DNA of 64,000 bases from Candidatus Hydrogenedentota bacterium. Its GTDB lineage: Bacteria > Hydrogenedentota > Hydrogenedentia > Hydrogenedentales > CAITNO01. A program made the translations under genes and the position numbers. The stretch's first letter is position 1; the number at the start of each line of letters is the position of its first letter. The notes under the pieces were generated by a model, which was given only the letters and a program-made list of their open reading frames with translations, did not search any database and was not told the DNA's origin. Below, piece by piece: positions 20,461 through 30,932 of the stretch. Where the stretch lies: assembly GCA_012730045.1 (NCBI GenBank), contig JAAYBR010000100.1, positions 34,100 through 98,099 of the forward strand. Direction: 5' to 3'.

Positions 20461-20507
20461 TGTCGGAACTCCGGAATCCGAACCGCACGGCGCCGGAAGG
20501 CGGAGCC

Positions 20508-21620
20508 TCAGGCCCCTGTCTCCCCGGCAATCCGGCGGAGCACCTCGATGCCCCGCTTGAGCGTCTCGTCCTTGTTGGCGAAGGAGATGCGGAAATGGGT
20601 CTTCTTCTCGGAGAACACGCTCCCCGGAATGATCAGCACGTTGTTCTCAATGGCCTTCCGCACAAAGGCGTCGCCGTCGCCGTCCGGCGCCTGCGGGAAG
20701 ATGTAGAACGCGCCGCCGGGCCGGGTGACCGGGAAGAGGTCCTTCAGCCCCTCAAAGATGATGTCGCGCTTGGTGCGGTAGGCATCCACCTTCGCCGTCA
20801 TGTCCGCCTCCAGCGCGAGCACCGCCGCCTTCTGGGCGAAGGACGGCGCGCACACGAAGGTGTACTGCTGGAGCGTGTTCATTGCCTGGATGATCTCGTC
20901 CGGCCCCGCCGCGAAGCCCACGCGCCACCCCGTCATGGCGGCGTTTTTCGAGAAACCGTTCAGGCAGACAACGTTGTCGTACATTCCCGCGATGGACGCC
21001 GGAGTCCCGTCATAGGACAGGGACTCGTAGATCTCGTCGCTGATGACCAGCAGGTTGTGCCTGCGCGCCAGGGCGGCCACGGCCTGCAGCTCTTCGCCGT
21101 TCATCATGACCCCCGTGGGGTTCGCCGGGCTGCTGATGATGAGGGCCTTGGTCCGCGGCGTGATCGCCCCGGCGATCCGGTCCGCCGTCAGTTTGAAGTC
21201 CGGGTAGGTGTCCACGGGCACCGACGTGCCGCCCAGCAGGTTCACCAGGTGCTTGTACATCACGAAATACGGGTCCGCGCAGATCACCTCGTCCCCCGGG
21301 CCAACGGTCGCCATCAGCGCCAGAAACAAGCCGCCGGACACGCCCGACGTGATCATGACGTTCTTCAGCGGGAACCCGAAGCGCCGCTCGTAGTACGCCG
21401 AGCACGCCTCGCGGAGTTCCTGGATGCCCCAGGTCTGCGTGTACGAGTTGAACCCGGCGCGGATCTGGCGCACCGCCTCGTCCTTGCACAGCTCATCCAC
21501 GTCATAGTCCGGCTGGCCGATGCTCAGGTTGATCGGGTCCTTCATCTGCGCGGCCAGCGCGAAAATCTTGCGGATGCCGCTGGCGTCAATCTGGTTCATC
21601 CGTTCCGCGATGAAACTCAT
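20508..21620 (-). CDS. class I/II PLP-dependent aminotransferase
   Basis: LSIGQPD, SSPANPTG, ISDEIY, GFSKNAAMTGWRVG. Start at ATG 21620 after GGAG. Confidence 0.93.
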   Translation of the reverse strand: MSFIAERMNQIDASGIRKIFALAAQMKDPINLSIGQPDYDVDELCKDEAVRQIRAGFNSYTQTWGIQELREACSAYYERRFGFPLKNVMITSGVSGGLFLALMATVGPGDEVICADPYFVMYKHLVNLLGGTSVPVDTYPDFKLTADRIAGAITPRTKALIISSPANPTGVMMNGEELQAVAALARRHNLLVISDEIYESLSYDGTPASIAGMYDNVVCLNGFSKNAAMTGWRVGFAAGPDEIIQAMNTLQQYTFVCAPSFAQKAAVLALEADMTAKVDAYRTKRDIIFEGLKDLFPVTRPGGAFYIFPQAPDGDGDAFVRKAIENNVLIIPGSVFSEKKTHFRISFANKDETLKRGIEVLRRIAGETGA

Positions 21621-21714
21621 GGAAAAAGTCTCCTGTGTCAAGGCTGCCAAGGTTCCGCCGATTGTACACGCGCCGCCGCAAAGGGGGCAAATGGCGGCAG
21701 GCAACGGCCATTTT

Positions 21715-22215
21715 CACCGCGACGCCGCAAAGGACACAGGGAAGACCGGAAAGGGAAGGGAAAGAGAAGATGAGCGGCGAGGTCGGGAAGAAAAACCCTG
21801 AGGTCCCGCCCCCCTGGGACTGCCAGGCTTCCCCCCGGCTCTCGGGGGAATCTGCGAAAGACAGTTCCGCGCGCGCGGAAGGACCGCCGGCTTTCTCCAT
21901 GGCCCAAGAGCCGCACCGTGCTGCGCCCCTTGGAGTGCGGTGGCTTGCTGCCGCCGTCATTCCCGCAGGCTTGCCTGCGGGAGGCCACAGCGCAGGACGA
22001 CAGACGGCCCCCGCCTGCTGTCACCACTCCGCTTTCCCTCCTCCGCGCCTCTGCGTTGAGTCGCCTCCATCCCTAAGCCGCGCCCCCCCCTGCCGCGACG
22101 CGCGGGCAAGCCCGCACGAAGAAAGGCGGCGGCAAGCCACCACGGCGACCGGACGCGCCCCGCACAAGCGTCGTCCGCAGCCGCCTGTTGCGGCAATCTG
22201 CGCGATCTGCGGACT
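21715..22215. repeat. intergenic mosaic of short REP-like repeat units
   Basis: Includes caccgcgacgccgcaaaggacac, ctccgcgcctctgcgttga, ttggagtgcggtggcttgctgccgcc, cgcgggcaagcccgcacgaagaaaggcggcggcaagccacc and aatctgcgcgatctgcgg. Confidence 0.6.
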
Positions 22216-22350
22216 GTCCCCGAATCGCCGGATAAGGAATGACCGATAATTCACGTGAGAGAAAACGTGCCTTGTGAATTCGCGCCGAATGCCTCTGGGG
22301 CGGCGCGCATGCCCGTTCACCCACGGGATGCGACAGACTTGGGGTGTTCC

Positions 22351-22428
22351 GGCACGAGATTGCTTCACTTCGTTCGCAATGACGTGTGTTTCCGCGTCAT
22401 TGCGAACGAAGTGAAGCAATCTCGTGCC
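22351..22428. repeat. CGTC-type palindromic repeat doublet with perfect 34-bp arms and 10-nt loop
   Basis: ggcacgagattgcttcacttcgttcgcaatgacg (22351-22384) is the exact reverse complement of 22395-22428. Confidence 0.92.
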
Positions 22429-22484
22429 CGCCACCGCTCCGGCTCGCGTCCATCTTATCCGTCTATCAGGACTGTCCCCCTGAT

Positions 22485-22513
22485 TTGACCCCGGCGCGTT
22501 TCTGTGGTAGACT
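22485..22513 (+). promoter_or_regulatory. sigma70-type promoter of the hrcA operon
   Basis: TTGACC, a 17-nt spacer ending in TGG (extended -10), then TAGACT, immediately upstream of CIRCE. Confidence 0.8.
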
Positions 22514-22524
22514 CTTGGAGACTG

Positions 22525-22551
22525 TTAGCACTCTCGCGCACTGAGTGCCAA
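22525..22551 (+). promoter_or_regulatory. CIRCE operator (HrcA binding site)
   Basis: TTAGCACTC-tcgcgcact-GAGTGCCAA versus the consensus TTAGCACTC-N9-GAGTGCTAA (1 mismatch), directly upstream of hrcA. Confidence 0.95.
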
Positions 22552-22616
22552 ACCGTGCCGCCGGCGACGGTTGCCGCGCGGGCGGAGTGCGTGCGCAACA
22601 GGATGCGGGCCGCGCC

Positions 22617-23657
22617 ATGCAAAAACACCCGGAACTGACGGATCGGGAGCGGGAAATCCTGCATGCCGTGGTGAACAGCTACATCATCTCGGCGGAGGCG
22701 GTGGGTTCCCGGACCGTGGTGAAGCGCTTCGGCATGGAGCTCAGCCCGGCCACGGTGCGCAACGTGATGTCCGACCTGGAGGAGATGGGGCTGCTGGAGC
22801 AGCTCCATACCAGCTCGGGCCGCGTGCCGACGGGCGCGGGCTACCAGTACTACATTGACCATCTGATGCGCGTGCAGGAGCTTACGCTGCGCGAGCGGCG
22901 GCGGATTGAGGAGGAGTTGTCGGAGCGCCTGGACGACGCGGACGGCGTGCTCCGTCGGGCGAGCCACCTGCTGGCGCTGGTGTCGCACCATGCGGGCCTC
23001 GCGGAGACCCCCGCGGACAAGGCCGCGGTGGCGATGCGCGTGGACCTCGTGCGCGTGGGGCCGGCGAAGCTGGCCATGCTGGTGGTGGACAATTTCGGGC
23101 GCGTGCGCTCGGTGATGGCCCAGGTGGCCAGCCCGATGGAGGACACGGAGCTCGAACAGTTGAACCGGTTCATGAACGAGCACCTGCACGGCGCCCCGGT
23201 GGACCAGCTTTCGGTCCGCGTGGAGGAGCGCCTGCGGCTGTACCTCGACGAGCAGCGGCGGCTGGCCCAGCGCGCGCTGGAGGTGCTGGAGCTGCTGCCC
23301 CGGCGCCCCCAGGGCATGCTCATCGTGGAGGGCACCTCGCAGCTTTTGGAGCAGCCCGAGTTCCAGGACATGCGCCAGGCCCGCGACGTGTTCAACCTCC
23401 TGGAGGAGCGCGAGGAGCTGCTGGGGCTGCTGCGGTCCGCCTCCGACGAGGGCGGGCGCAGCGCGGTGTTCCTAGGCGGCGGCGCGCGCAAGCTGGAGGG
23501 CCTGGGCCTCGTGGCCGCGCCCTACGAGGTGGACGGCCGGAAGGCGGGCATGATCGGCGTGCTCGGGCCGCGCCGGATGCACTACTCGAAACTGACCGCC
23601 GTGGTCGAGTACACGGCCGGACTGGTCGGCCGGATCCTCACCCGGCTTTCGGGCTGA
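22617..23657 (+). CDS. hrcA: heat-inducible transcription repressor HrcA
   Basis: LTDREREIL..VVNSYI..AEAVGSR, SPATVRNVMSDLEEMGLLEQLHTSSGRVPT, IGVLGPRRMHY. Confidence 0.96.
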   Translation: MQKHPELTDREREILHAVVNSYIISAEAVGSRTVVKRFGMELSPATVRNVMSDLEEMGLLEQLHTSSGRVPTGAGYQYYIDHLMRVQELTLRERRRIEEELSERLDDADGVLRRASHLLALVSHHAGLAETPADKAAVAMRVDLVRVGPAKLAMLVVDNFGRVRSVMAQVASPMEDTELEQLNRFMNEHLHGAPVDQLSVRVEERLRLYLDEQRRLAQRALEVLELLPRRPQGMLIVEGTSQLLEQPEFQDMRQARDVFNLLEEREELLGLLRSASDEGGRSAVFLGGGARKLEGLGLVAAPYEVDGRKAGMIGVLGPRRMHYSKLTAVVEYTAGLVGRILTRLSG

Positions 23658-23688
23658 AACGGCCCGCGGAAAGACCGCGAAAAGGAAT

Positions 23689-24366
23689 GTGATGGCGGAC
23701 GAAAAGGACGAAAGAGAGCTTGCGGACAACGCCCCCGTAGAGGACGCGCCCGAGGCGTTTCCCGGCAGCTGCGGCTGCGACTGCGACTGTTCCGGGGCCT
23801 GCGCGGACTGCGCCGCCCCCCCGGAGGAGCCGGACCCCCTGGATGTGCTCGCGGGCGCCCTGGCGGCCTCGGAAAAGGAGCGCGTCCTGTACAAGGACCA
23901 GCTCCTGCGCGCGCGCGCCGAGTTCGACAACTACCGCAAGCGCGTGGCGCGCGACGCGGAGCAGCTGCGCCGCACGGCGGCCCAGGACCTGCTGCGCGAC
24001 CTGCTCGCCGTGGCGGACAATCTGGAGCGCGCCCTGGAGCACGCCGGCGTCTCCGACGACGGCGGGGTGGCCGAGGGCGTGCGGATGGTTCTGCGCCAGA
24101 TGCAGGACCTGATGGCGTCGCGCGGCGTCGCCGGCATTCCGGCGGCGGGCGAGGCTTTCGACCCGAACCTGCACGAGGCGCTGGCCATGCAGCCCTCGGA
24201 CGACTGCCCCGCCGGCATGGTGCTGGTGGAGTTTCAAAAGGGATACACCCTGGACGGCGCGGTGCTCCGCCCGGCCAAGGTCGTGGTCAGCAGCGGACCC
24301 GCGGAGGCGGCGGACACGCCGCCCGCCGGAGACGCGTCCGCTGAGACTCAAGAGACAAACAACTAG
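23689..24366 (+). CDS. grpE: nucleotide exchange factor GrpE with Cys-rich N-terminal extension
   Basis: LRARAEFDNYRKR, DNLERAL, FDPNLHEAL, FQKGYTL...VLRPAKVVV. Confidence 0.95.
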   Translation: MMADEKDERELADNAPVEDAPEAFPGSCGCDCDCSGACADCAAPPEEPDPLDVLAGALAASEKERVLYKDQLLRARAEFDNYRKRVARDAEQLRRTAAQDLLRDLLAVADNLERALEHAGVSDDGGVAEGVRMVLRQMQDLMASRGVAGIPAAGEAFDPNLHEALAMQPSDDCPAGMVLVEFQKGYTLDGAVLRPAKVVVSSGPAEAADTPPAGDASAETQETNN

Positions 24367-24381
24367 AGGAGCAAGATAAGC

Positions 24382-26277
24382 ATGAGCAAGGTAATCGGCA
24401 TTGACCTGGGAACCACCAACTCCTGCGTGGCCGTGATGGAGGGCGGCGAGCCCGTCGTCATCGCGAACGCCGAGGGCAACCGCACCACCCCGTCCGTCGT
24501 GGCCTTCGCCAAGGACGGCGAGCGCCTCGTGGGCGCGGTGGCGAAGCGCCAGGCGGTGACCAACCCGCAGAACACCGTTTTCTCCATCAAGCGCTTCATG
24601 GGCCGCCAGCACGGCGAGGTCGGCTCCGAGGAGAAGCTGGTGCCCTACCGGGTCACCTCGAGCCCGTCGGGCGACGTGCAGGTGGAGGTCGGCGGCCGCA
24701 CCCACCGTCCTCCGGAAATCTCCGCCATGATCCTCCAGAAGATGAAGGAGACGGCGGAGTCCTATCTGGGCCACCCGGTGACCCAGGCCGTGGTCACCGT
24801 GCCCGCCTACTTCAACGACTCGCAGCGCCAGGCCACCAAGGATGCCGGCCGCATCGCCGGGCTGGAGGTCCTGCGCATCATCAACGAGCCCACGGCGGCG
24901 GCGCTGGCCTACGGCCTGGAGAAGAAGCGCGACGAGAAAGTCGCCGTCTACGACCTGGGCGGCGGCACCTTCGACGTGTCCATCCTCGCCATCGGCGACG
25001 ACAGTTTCGAGGTGCTCAGCACGAACGGCGACACCCACCTGGGCGGCGACGACTTCGACCAGCGGATCATTGACTGGCTGGCGGAGGAGTTCATGAAGGA
25101 CCAGGGCATTGACCTTCGGAAGGACCCCATGGCCCTCCAGCGCCTGAAAGAGGGGGCGGAAAAGGCGAAGTGCGAGCTGTCCTCCGCCATGACCACGGAC
25201 ATCAACCTGCCCTTCATCACGGCGGACCAGAGCGGCCCGAAGCACATGAACTACACCCTCACCCGCGCCAAACTGGAGCAGCTCTGCGACGACCTGCTCC
25301 AGCGCACGAAGAAGCCCTGCTTCCGCGCCCTGGAGGACGCCGGCCTCACGGCGGCCCAGGTGGACGAGGTCATCCTCGTTGGCGGCATGACCCGCATGCC
25401 CGCCGTCGGCCGCATCGTGAAGGACACCTTCGGGAAGGAGCCCCACCGCGGCGTGAACCCCGACGAGGTCGTCGCCATCGGCGCGGCCATCCAGGGCGGC
25501 GTGCTTTCCGGCGAGGTGAAGGACGTGCTCCTGCTCGACGTGACGCCGCTCTCCCTGGGCATCGAGACCCTCGGCGGCGTCTGCACCAAGCTCATCGAGC
25601 GCAACACGACGATCCCGGTGACCAAGCGCCAGGTCTTCTCCACCGCCGCCGACGGCCAGACCGCCGTGACCATCCACGTGCTCCAGGGCGAGCGCGAGAT
25701 GGCCTCCGACAACCGCACCCTCGGCAAGTTCGACCTCCTCGGCATCCCCCCCGCGCCGCGCGGCGTGCCCCAGGTGGAGGTCTCCTTCGACATTGACGCG
25801 AACGGCATCGTCCACGTCTCCGCCAAGGACCTAGGCACGGGCAAGGAGCAGGCCATCCGCATCGAGTCCTCCAGCGGCCTGTCGGAGGAGGAGATCAAGC
25901 GCATGGTCGGCGAGGCCGAGCGCCACGCCGGCGAGGACAAGCAGCGCCGCAGGCTGGTCGAGGCGAAGAACAACGCCGACGCCATGGTGTACCAGACCGA
26001 GAAGGGCCTGAAGGAGTACGGCGACAAGGTGGCCGACACGGACCGGAAAGCCGTCGAGGACGCCCTGGAGACGCTGCGCCAGGCCGCCAAGGGCGACGAC
26101 GCCGACGCCATTGAGTCCGCCCTCAGCGGGCTGACCTCGGTGTCCCACAAGATGGCCGAGGCCATGTACGCCCAGGCCGCCCCGCAGGGCGCGCCCCAGC
26201 CCGAGCCGGGGCAGGGCGCCGGGGACGCCATGGACGCGGACTTCACGGTGAAGGACGGGGACGACAAGAACAACTGA
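24382..26277 (+). CDS. dnaK: molecular chaperone DnaK
   Basis: [51 protein letters not shown]. Confidence 0.99.
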   Translation: MSKVIGIDLGTTNSCVAVMEGGEPVVIANAEGNRTTPSVVAFAKDGERLVGAVAKRQAVTNPQNTVFSIKRFMGRQHGEVGSEEKLVPYRVTSSPSGDVQVEVGGRTHRPPEISAMILQKMKETAESYLGHPVTQAVVTVPAYFNDSQRQATKDAGRIAGLEVLRIINEPTAAALAYGLEKKRDEKVAVYDLGGGTFDVSILAIGDDSFEVLSTNGDTHLGGDDFDQRIIDWLAEEFMKDQGIDLRKDPMALQRLKEGAEKAKCELSSAMTTDINLPFITADQSGPKHMNYTLTRAKLEQLCDDLLQRTKKPCFRALEDAGLTAAQVDEVILVGGMTRMPAVGRIVKDTFGKEPHRGVNPDEVVAIGAAIQGGVLSGEVKDVLLLDVTPLSLGIETLGGVCTKLIERNTTIPVTKRQVFSTAADGQTAVTIHVLQGEREMASDNRTLGKFDLLGIPPAPRGVPQVEVSFDIDANGIVHVSAKDLGTGKEQAIRIESSSGLSEEEIKRMVGEAERHAGEDKQRRRLVEAKNNADAMVYQTEKGLKEYGDKVADTDRKAVEDALETLRQAAKGDDADAIESALSGLTSVSHKMAEAMYAQAAPQGAPQPEPGQGAGDAMDADFTVKDGDDKNN

Positions 26278-26304
26278 GGCCCCGCCGGCCCACGGTGACG
26301 CAGC

Positions 26305-27450
26305 ATGGCGAAGACGAGGGACCTGTACGAGATACTGGGCGTGGCCAAGGGTGCCAGCCAGGACGAGATACGCAAGGCGTATCTCAAGCTGGCGCACAAG
26401 TACCACCCGGACAAGACCGGCGGCGACAAGGCCGCCGAGGAGAAGCTCAAGGAGATCAACGGGGCCTACGATGTCCTGAAGAACCCCGAGAAGCGGGCCC
26501 AGTACGACCAGTTTGGCTCCGCCGACGGCCAGCCCTTCGGCGGCGGCGGATTCGGCGGGGCGGGCGGATTCGGCGGATTCGGCGGCGGCGAGGGCGGCGG
26601 GTTCGAGGACCTTTTCGACATGCTCTTCGGCCAGGGCGGCGGCCGCCGCGGCGCGGCAGACCGCACCCGGCGCGGGGCGGACCTCGAGGGCGCGGTGCGC
26701 GTCTCCCTCATGGAGGCGGCCCACGGCACGAAGAAGATTTTCTCCTTCAACCGGGCGGAGCCCTGCGCGGACTGCGGGGGCGCCGGCGCGGCCAAGGGTT
26801 CCAAGCCTGAAACCTGCCGCCAGTGCGGCGGCTCCGGGCAGATACGCGCGTCCCAGGGCATCTTCAGCGTCAGCCGCACCTGCCCGGTCTGCAACGGCCG
26901 CGGCCAGGTCATCGCGTCCCCCTGCCATGCCTGCGGCGGCGCGGGGGTCCGGCGCGCCCGGCGCGAGCTGAACGTGGACATTCCCCCCGGCGTGGACGAC
27001 GGGCAGCGCCTGCGCGTGCAGGGCGAGGGCGAGGCCGGCCGGAACGGCGGCGGGCGCGGCGACCTCTACATCTCGATCCAGGTCGAATCCCACCCGCTTT
27101 TCACGCGCAAGGGCACCACGGTCTACTGCGAGGTGCCCGTCACCTTCGGCCAGGCCGCCCTTGGCGGGTCGGTGGACGTGCCCACCCTCCACGGCATGGT
27201 CTCCGTGAAAATCCCCGCCGGGGCCAAGACCGGCACCCAGCTCCGCATCCGCGGCAAGGGCATGCCCGACCTGCGCGGCTATAGCCACGGCGACCAGGTG
27301 GTCCTTGTCCGCGTAGAGGTCCCCGTCAAGCTCTCGCGGAAGCAGACCTCCCTCCTGGAGCAGTTCGAGGCCGAGGGCGACGCCAAGACCTACCCCGATG
27401 TGGATGCCTTCCACCGCGCCGCGCGCGACGCCATGAAGCCGGGGAAGTAG
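26305..27450 (+). CDS. dnaJ: molecular chaperone DnaJ
   Basis: J-domain with HPD, G/F-rich linker, four CxxCxGxG zinc motifs. Confidence 0.98.
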   Translation: MAKTRDLYEILGVAKGASQDEIRKAYLKLAHKYHPDKTGGDKAAEEKLKEINGAYDVLKNPEKRAQYDQFGSADGQPFGGGGFGGAGGFGGFGGGEGGGFEDLFDMLFGQGGGRRGAADRTRRGADLEGAVRVSLMEAAHGTKKIFSFNRAEPCADCGGAGAAKGSKPETCRQCGGSGQIRASQGIFSVSRTCPVCNGRGQVIASPCHACGGAGVRRARRELNVDIPPGVDDGQRLRVQGEGEAGRNGGGRGDLYISIQVESHPLFTRKGTTVYCEVPVTFGQAALGGSVDVPTLHGMVSVKIPAGAKTGTQLRIRGKGMPDLRGYSHGDQVVLVRVEVPVKLSRKQTSLLEQFEAEGDAKTYPDVDAFHRAARDAMKPGK

Positions 27451-27548
27451 GACGCCCGGTTCAGTCCCTTCGTGACTTGAGGCGCGGAAGCCCGGTGGCG
27501 TACCATGTCCGCGTCCCCGTTTCCCGGGGACAAAACAAGGGCTGAGGC

Positions 27549-28913
27549 ATGGTTCCGGATTCACGCATGACCCCCGCGGCGGTGGCGCCGTTTGTGGACC
27601 GCTTTCTCTCCGTCGCGGAGGGGAAATGCGCCCGCCTTGCGCGCAAATGGATGGACGGCCGCGGCGGCATGGGCGCGCCCGTGTTCACCCGCGCGGGCAA
27701 ATACACCGCCCGCGGCTGGACCGAATGGACCCAGGGTTTCCTCTTCGGCGGCCCCCTGCTTGTCTTCGACGCCACGGGCGACCGCGCCTCCCTTGACGCC
27801 GGCATCCGGGGCACCCTGGACCGCATGGCCCCCCACGTCAGCCACACCGGCGTCCACGACCACGGCTTCAACAACGTCTCGACCTACGGCACCCTGCGGC
27901 GGCTGATCCTGGAGGGGAGGGTCCCGGACCACGGCGGCATGCTGGCGCAGTGCGAACTGGCCCTGAAGGTTTCGGGCGCGGTGCAGGCCGCCCGGTGGAC
28001 CGCCACCACCGAGACCGGCGGCGGCTACGTCTACTCCTTCAACGGCCCCCACTCGCTTTTCTGCGACACCATCCGCTCGTGCCGGAGCCTTGTGCTCGCG
28101 CACCAGCTCGGCCACGCGCTCATGGGCGAGAACGACCGGCCCGTTTCCCTCCTTGACCGCGCCGCGGCGCACATCCGCAGCACCCTCGCGTGGAACGTCT
28201 TCCACGGCGAAGGGCGCGACCTCTACGACGTGCCGGGCCGGGTCGCCCACGAGAGCCTCTTCAACGTGAACGACGGGAAGTACCGCTGCCCCTCCACCCA
28301 GCAGGGCTATTCCCCCTTCTCCACCTGGACCCGGGGGCTGGCGTGGGTGCTCCTCGGCTGCGCCGAGCAGTTGGAGTGGTTCTCCCGGCCCTGCGTGCAG
28401 TTCGAGGGCAAGGCCGCCTTCCTCCGGGAAATGGAGCGCGCCGCCCGCGCCACGGCGGACTTCTACCTGTGCCACAGCTCCGCCGACGGCATCCCCTTCT
28501 GGGACACCGGCGCGCCGGGTCTGGCGGCGGGCGTCGCTGACTACGCGGGGCCTTCGGACCCGTGGGACGGGCCGGAGCCCGTGGACAGCTCCGCCGCCGC
28601 GATCTCGGCCCAGGGCCTGATCCGGCTCGGCCTGCGCCTGGGCAGCAGGGGAAGCGGCTATCTTCGGGCCGGTCTCGGCGTGTCCCGCACGCTGTTTTCG
28701 CCGCCCTACCTCTCCGAAGCCCCGAAACACGAGGGGCTCCTCCTCCACTCCGTCTATCACCGCCCGCGCGGCTGGGATTATGTTCCCAAAGGCCGGAGAA
28801 TCCCCTGCGGCGAGTCCTCCCTGTGGGGGGATTATCACGCCCTCGAGCTGGCGGTTCTGGTCAAGCGGCTCGCCCGCCGGGAGCCCCCGGCCACGTTCTT
28901 CGCCGGAGGGTGA
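27549..28913 (+). CDS. GH88-like (unsaturated glucuronyl hydrolase-like) alpha/alpha-barrel protein
   Basis: WTEWTQGF, HDHGFNNVSTYG, STWTRGLAW, DSSAAAI, WGDYHALE pattern of GH88-type proteins. Confidence 0.75.
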   Translation: MVPDSRMTPAAVAPFVDRFLSVAEGKCARLARKWMDGRGGMGAPVFTRAGKYTARGWTEWTQGFLFGGPLLVFDATGDRASLDAGIRGTLDRMAPHVSHTGVHDHGFNNVSTYGTLRRLILEGRVPDHGGMLAQCELALKVSGAVQAARWTATTETGGGYVYSFNGPHSLFCDTIRSCRSLVLAHQLGHALMGENDRPVSLLDRAAAHIRSTLAWNVFHGEGRDLYDVPGRVAHESLFNVNDGKYRCPSTQQGYSPFSTWTRGLAWVLLGCAEQLEWFSRPCVQFEGKAAFLREMERAARATADFYLCHSSADGIPFWDTGAPGLAAGVADYAGPSDPWDGPEPVDSSAAAISAQGLIRLGLRLGSRGSGYLRAGLGVSRTLFSPPYLSEAPKHEGLLLHSVYHRPRGWDYVPKGRRIPCGESSLWGDYHALELAVLVKRLARREPPATFFAGG

Positions 28914-28947
28914 GCACCGGACGGGTGGGCATTAAGGAGTGCGGGAG

Positions 28948-30630
28948 ATGAAGAGGTTCTTTGGGTGTCCCCTGCGCGCGGCGGCAGTCTCGGCCGCCGC
29001 CGTCCTGTTCGCCGCGGGGGCCGTGGCCGGCCCCATGTTCTCCAGGGACCTGCGGACCACCGCCGGCGTGTCGGAGTACCACGACGTGCCGATGACCGAC
29101 GGCACGCCGCTGGCCACGGACGTCTATCTCCCGGACGCGGGCGGCGGCCCCTGGCCCGTCATTCTCCTCCGCAACACCTACACCCGCAACATGAACCTCA
29201 ACCGCTATGTGAACGACGGCTATGCCGCCGTGGTCCAGGCCCCGCGCGGCCTCCACGGCAGCGGCGGCGAGGCCCACGCCTTCTATTACGACGGCTGGCG
29301 CGAGGGGCTCACGGACGGGGCGGACACCGTCGCCTGGGTGAAGAAGCAGCCCTGGTGCAACGGAAAGATCGCCACCACCGGGGAGTCCGCCCTGGCCATG
29401 GTCCAGATGCTCATGGCCCCCGTCACGCGCGATGTCGCCGCCCAGTACATCTACCTGACCCCGGCCAATTTCTACTTCGAGGTCGTCTATCCCGGCGGTG
29501 CCTTCCGCAAGAACCTGGTCGAGGGGTGGCTCACGCTTCTCGGGCAGTATGACGTCGCCGCCGTCTACCGGGGCCACCCGGTCTATGACGACTTCTGGTC
29601 CTACTACAACGTCGTCGCCCGCGCGAAGGACATCACCGCCCCCGCCGTCTTCATGGGCGGATGGTACGACATCTTCCAGCCGGGCACGGTGGACGCCTTC
29701 ATCTCCCGCGAGACCGAAGGCGGCGAGGGCGCGCGCGGGAAGAACTACCTCGTCATGGGCTGGCGCACGCACAACAACGACTCCTCGCCGGACTACCAGT
29801 TGCCCTCTAGGGACCCCGCCGTCAGTTCAGGGGACATCGCCAACCGCCTGTTCTCGCATTATCTCAAAGGCGATGAGAAAGCCCTCGACGGCATCCCCAA
29901 GGTGCAGTACTACGTCATGGGCGACGACCGCGACCCCAATGCCCCGGGCAACGAGTGGCGCACCGCCGAAACCTGGCCCCCCTTCCCGACAGAGGAGGCC
30001 GCCTTCCACCTCGCCCCGGACGGACTGCTCTCCCGCGACGCCGTGCCCCCGGCCGGGTCGCTGGAGTTCACCTTCGACCCCAAGAACCCCGTGCCCACCC
30101 TGGGCGGTGCCAACCTCCTGCCCAACCTCAAGGCGGGGCCCTATGACCAGCGCAAGGTTTCCAGCCGCCCGGACATCCTGAAGTTCGCCACCCCCGTGCT
30201 GGAGGCACCCGTCGAGACCGTCGGACGCCTCCGCGTCACCCTCTACGTCTCCTCCGACGCCCCTGACACGGACTTCACGGCGAAACTGGTGGACGTCTTT
30301 CCCGACGGCGACGGCCGCGAGATCAACGTCCTCGACGGCATCCGCCGCGTCAAGACCCGCGACGGCTACGACAAGGTGACCCCGCCCCTCACCGGCCCCG
30401 GCCAGGTGGTCCGCCTCGACATTGACCTCTGGAACACCGCCTGGGTCTTCAACAAGGGCCACCGCATCGCCGTGCATATCTCCAGCAGCAACTACCCCAA
30501 GTTCGACGTCAACCCCAACACGGGCGCAGATCACCCCGAACCCGGCGCCGAACTCCGCAAGGCCCAAAACCGCGTCCACTTCGGCGGCGACACCCCCAGC
30601 GCGCTGTGGCTGCCGGTGAAGAAATCGTAA
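28948..30630 (+). CDS. secreted CocE/NonD (S15) family serine hydrolase
   Basis: Signal peptide, DGTPLATDVYLP, WCNGKI..GES nucleophile, GGWYD, and a C-terminal domain with SSDAPDTDF and SSSNYPKF..NPNTG. An alternative GTG start lies at 28939. Confidence 0.92.
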   Translation: MKRFFGCPLRAAAVSAAAVLFAAGAVAGPMFSRDLRTTAGVSEYHDVPMTDGTPLATDVYLPDAGGGPWPVILLRNTYTRNMNLNRYVNDGYAAVVQAPRGLHGSGGEAHAFYYDGWREGLTDGADTVAWVKKQPWCNGKIATTGESALAMVQMLMAPVTRDVAAQYIYLTPANFYFEVVYPGGAFRKNLVEGWLTLLGQYDVAAVYRGHPVYDDFWSYYNVVARAKDITAPAVFMGGWYDIFQPGTVDAFISRETEGGEGARGKNYLVMGWRTHNNDSSPDYQLPSRDPAVSSGDIANRLFSHYLKGDEKALDGIPKVQYYVMGDDRDPNAPGNEWRTAETWPPFPTEEAAFHLAPDGLLSRDAVPPAGSLEFTFDPKNPVPTLGGANLLPNLKAGPYDQRKVSSRPDILKFATPVLEAPVETVGRLRVTLYVSSDAPDTDFTAKLVDVFPDGDGREINVLDGIRRVKTRDGYDKVTPPLTGPGQVVRLDIDLWNTAWVFNKGHRIAVHISSSNYPKFDVNPNTGADHPEPGAELRKAQNRVHFGGDTPSALWLPVKKS

Positions 30631-30684
30631 GTCGCTGGGTGAGGAAAGGGAAGCAGGGTGTCCGGAGAGAAGGCATCCCGACAA

Positions 30685-30860
30685 GAGATTGCCACGTCGG
30701 CCGGGGCGGCCGACTCGCAATGACGGGCCAAACGGCGGCCTTCCGCTGAACCGGCCCTCAACGCGTCATTGCGATGGAGCGAAGCGACTGAAGCAACCTC
30801 GTTCTCGGCACGGCCCCCGGTCTCACAGCGGCCTATCCGGCGATTCGGGGAAATAGACAC
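30685..30860. repeat. CGTC-type repeat pair plus flanking ATCGCCGGATARG motif
   Basis: gagattgccacgtcggccggggcggccgactcgcaatgacg (30685-30725), cgtcattgcgatggagcgaagcgactgaagcaacctc (30764-30800), and minus-strand ccccgaatcgccggatagg (30832-30850). Confidence 0.85.
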
Positions 30861-30932
30861 GCTTGACTGCCGTGGGATGCCCGCCGCAGAATGGCGGCAC
30901 AAGGGCGCGGACACCACGACAGGAGCAAGCCC

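Noticed and set aside
21635-22434. Several 80-200 aa ORFs in the repeat mosaic
   Set aside because: Translations of REP-like palindromes; no RBS-consistent gene, atypical composition, no transposase motifs.
23470-25835. Rare CTA codons forming CCTAGG in hrcA and dnaK
   Set aside because: Too few instances to distinguish from chance.
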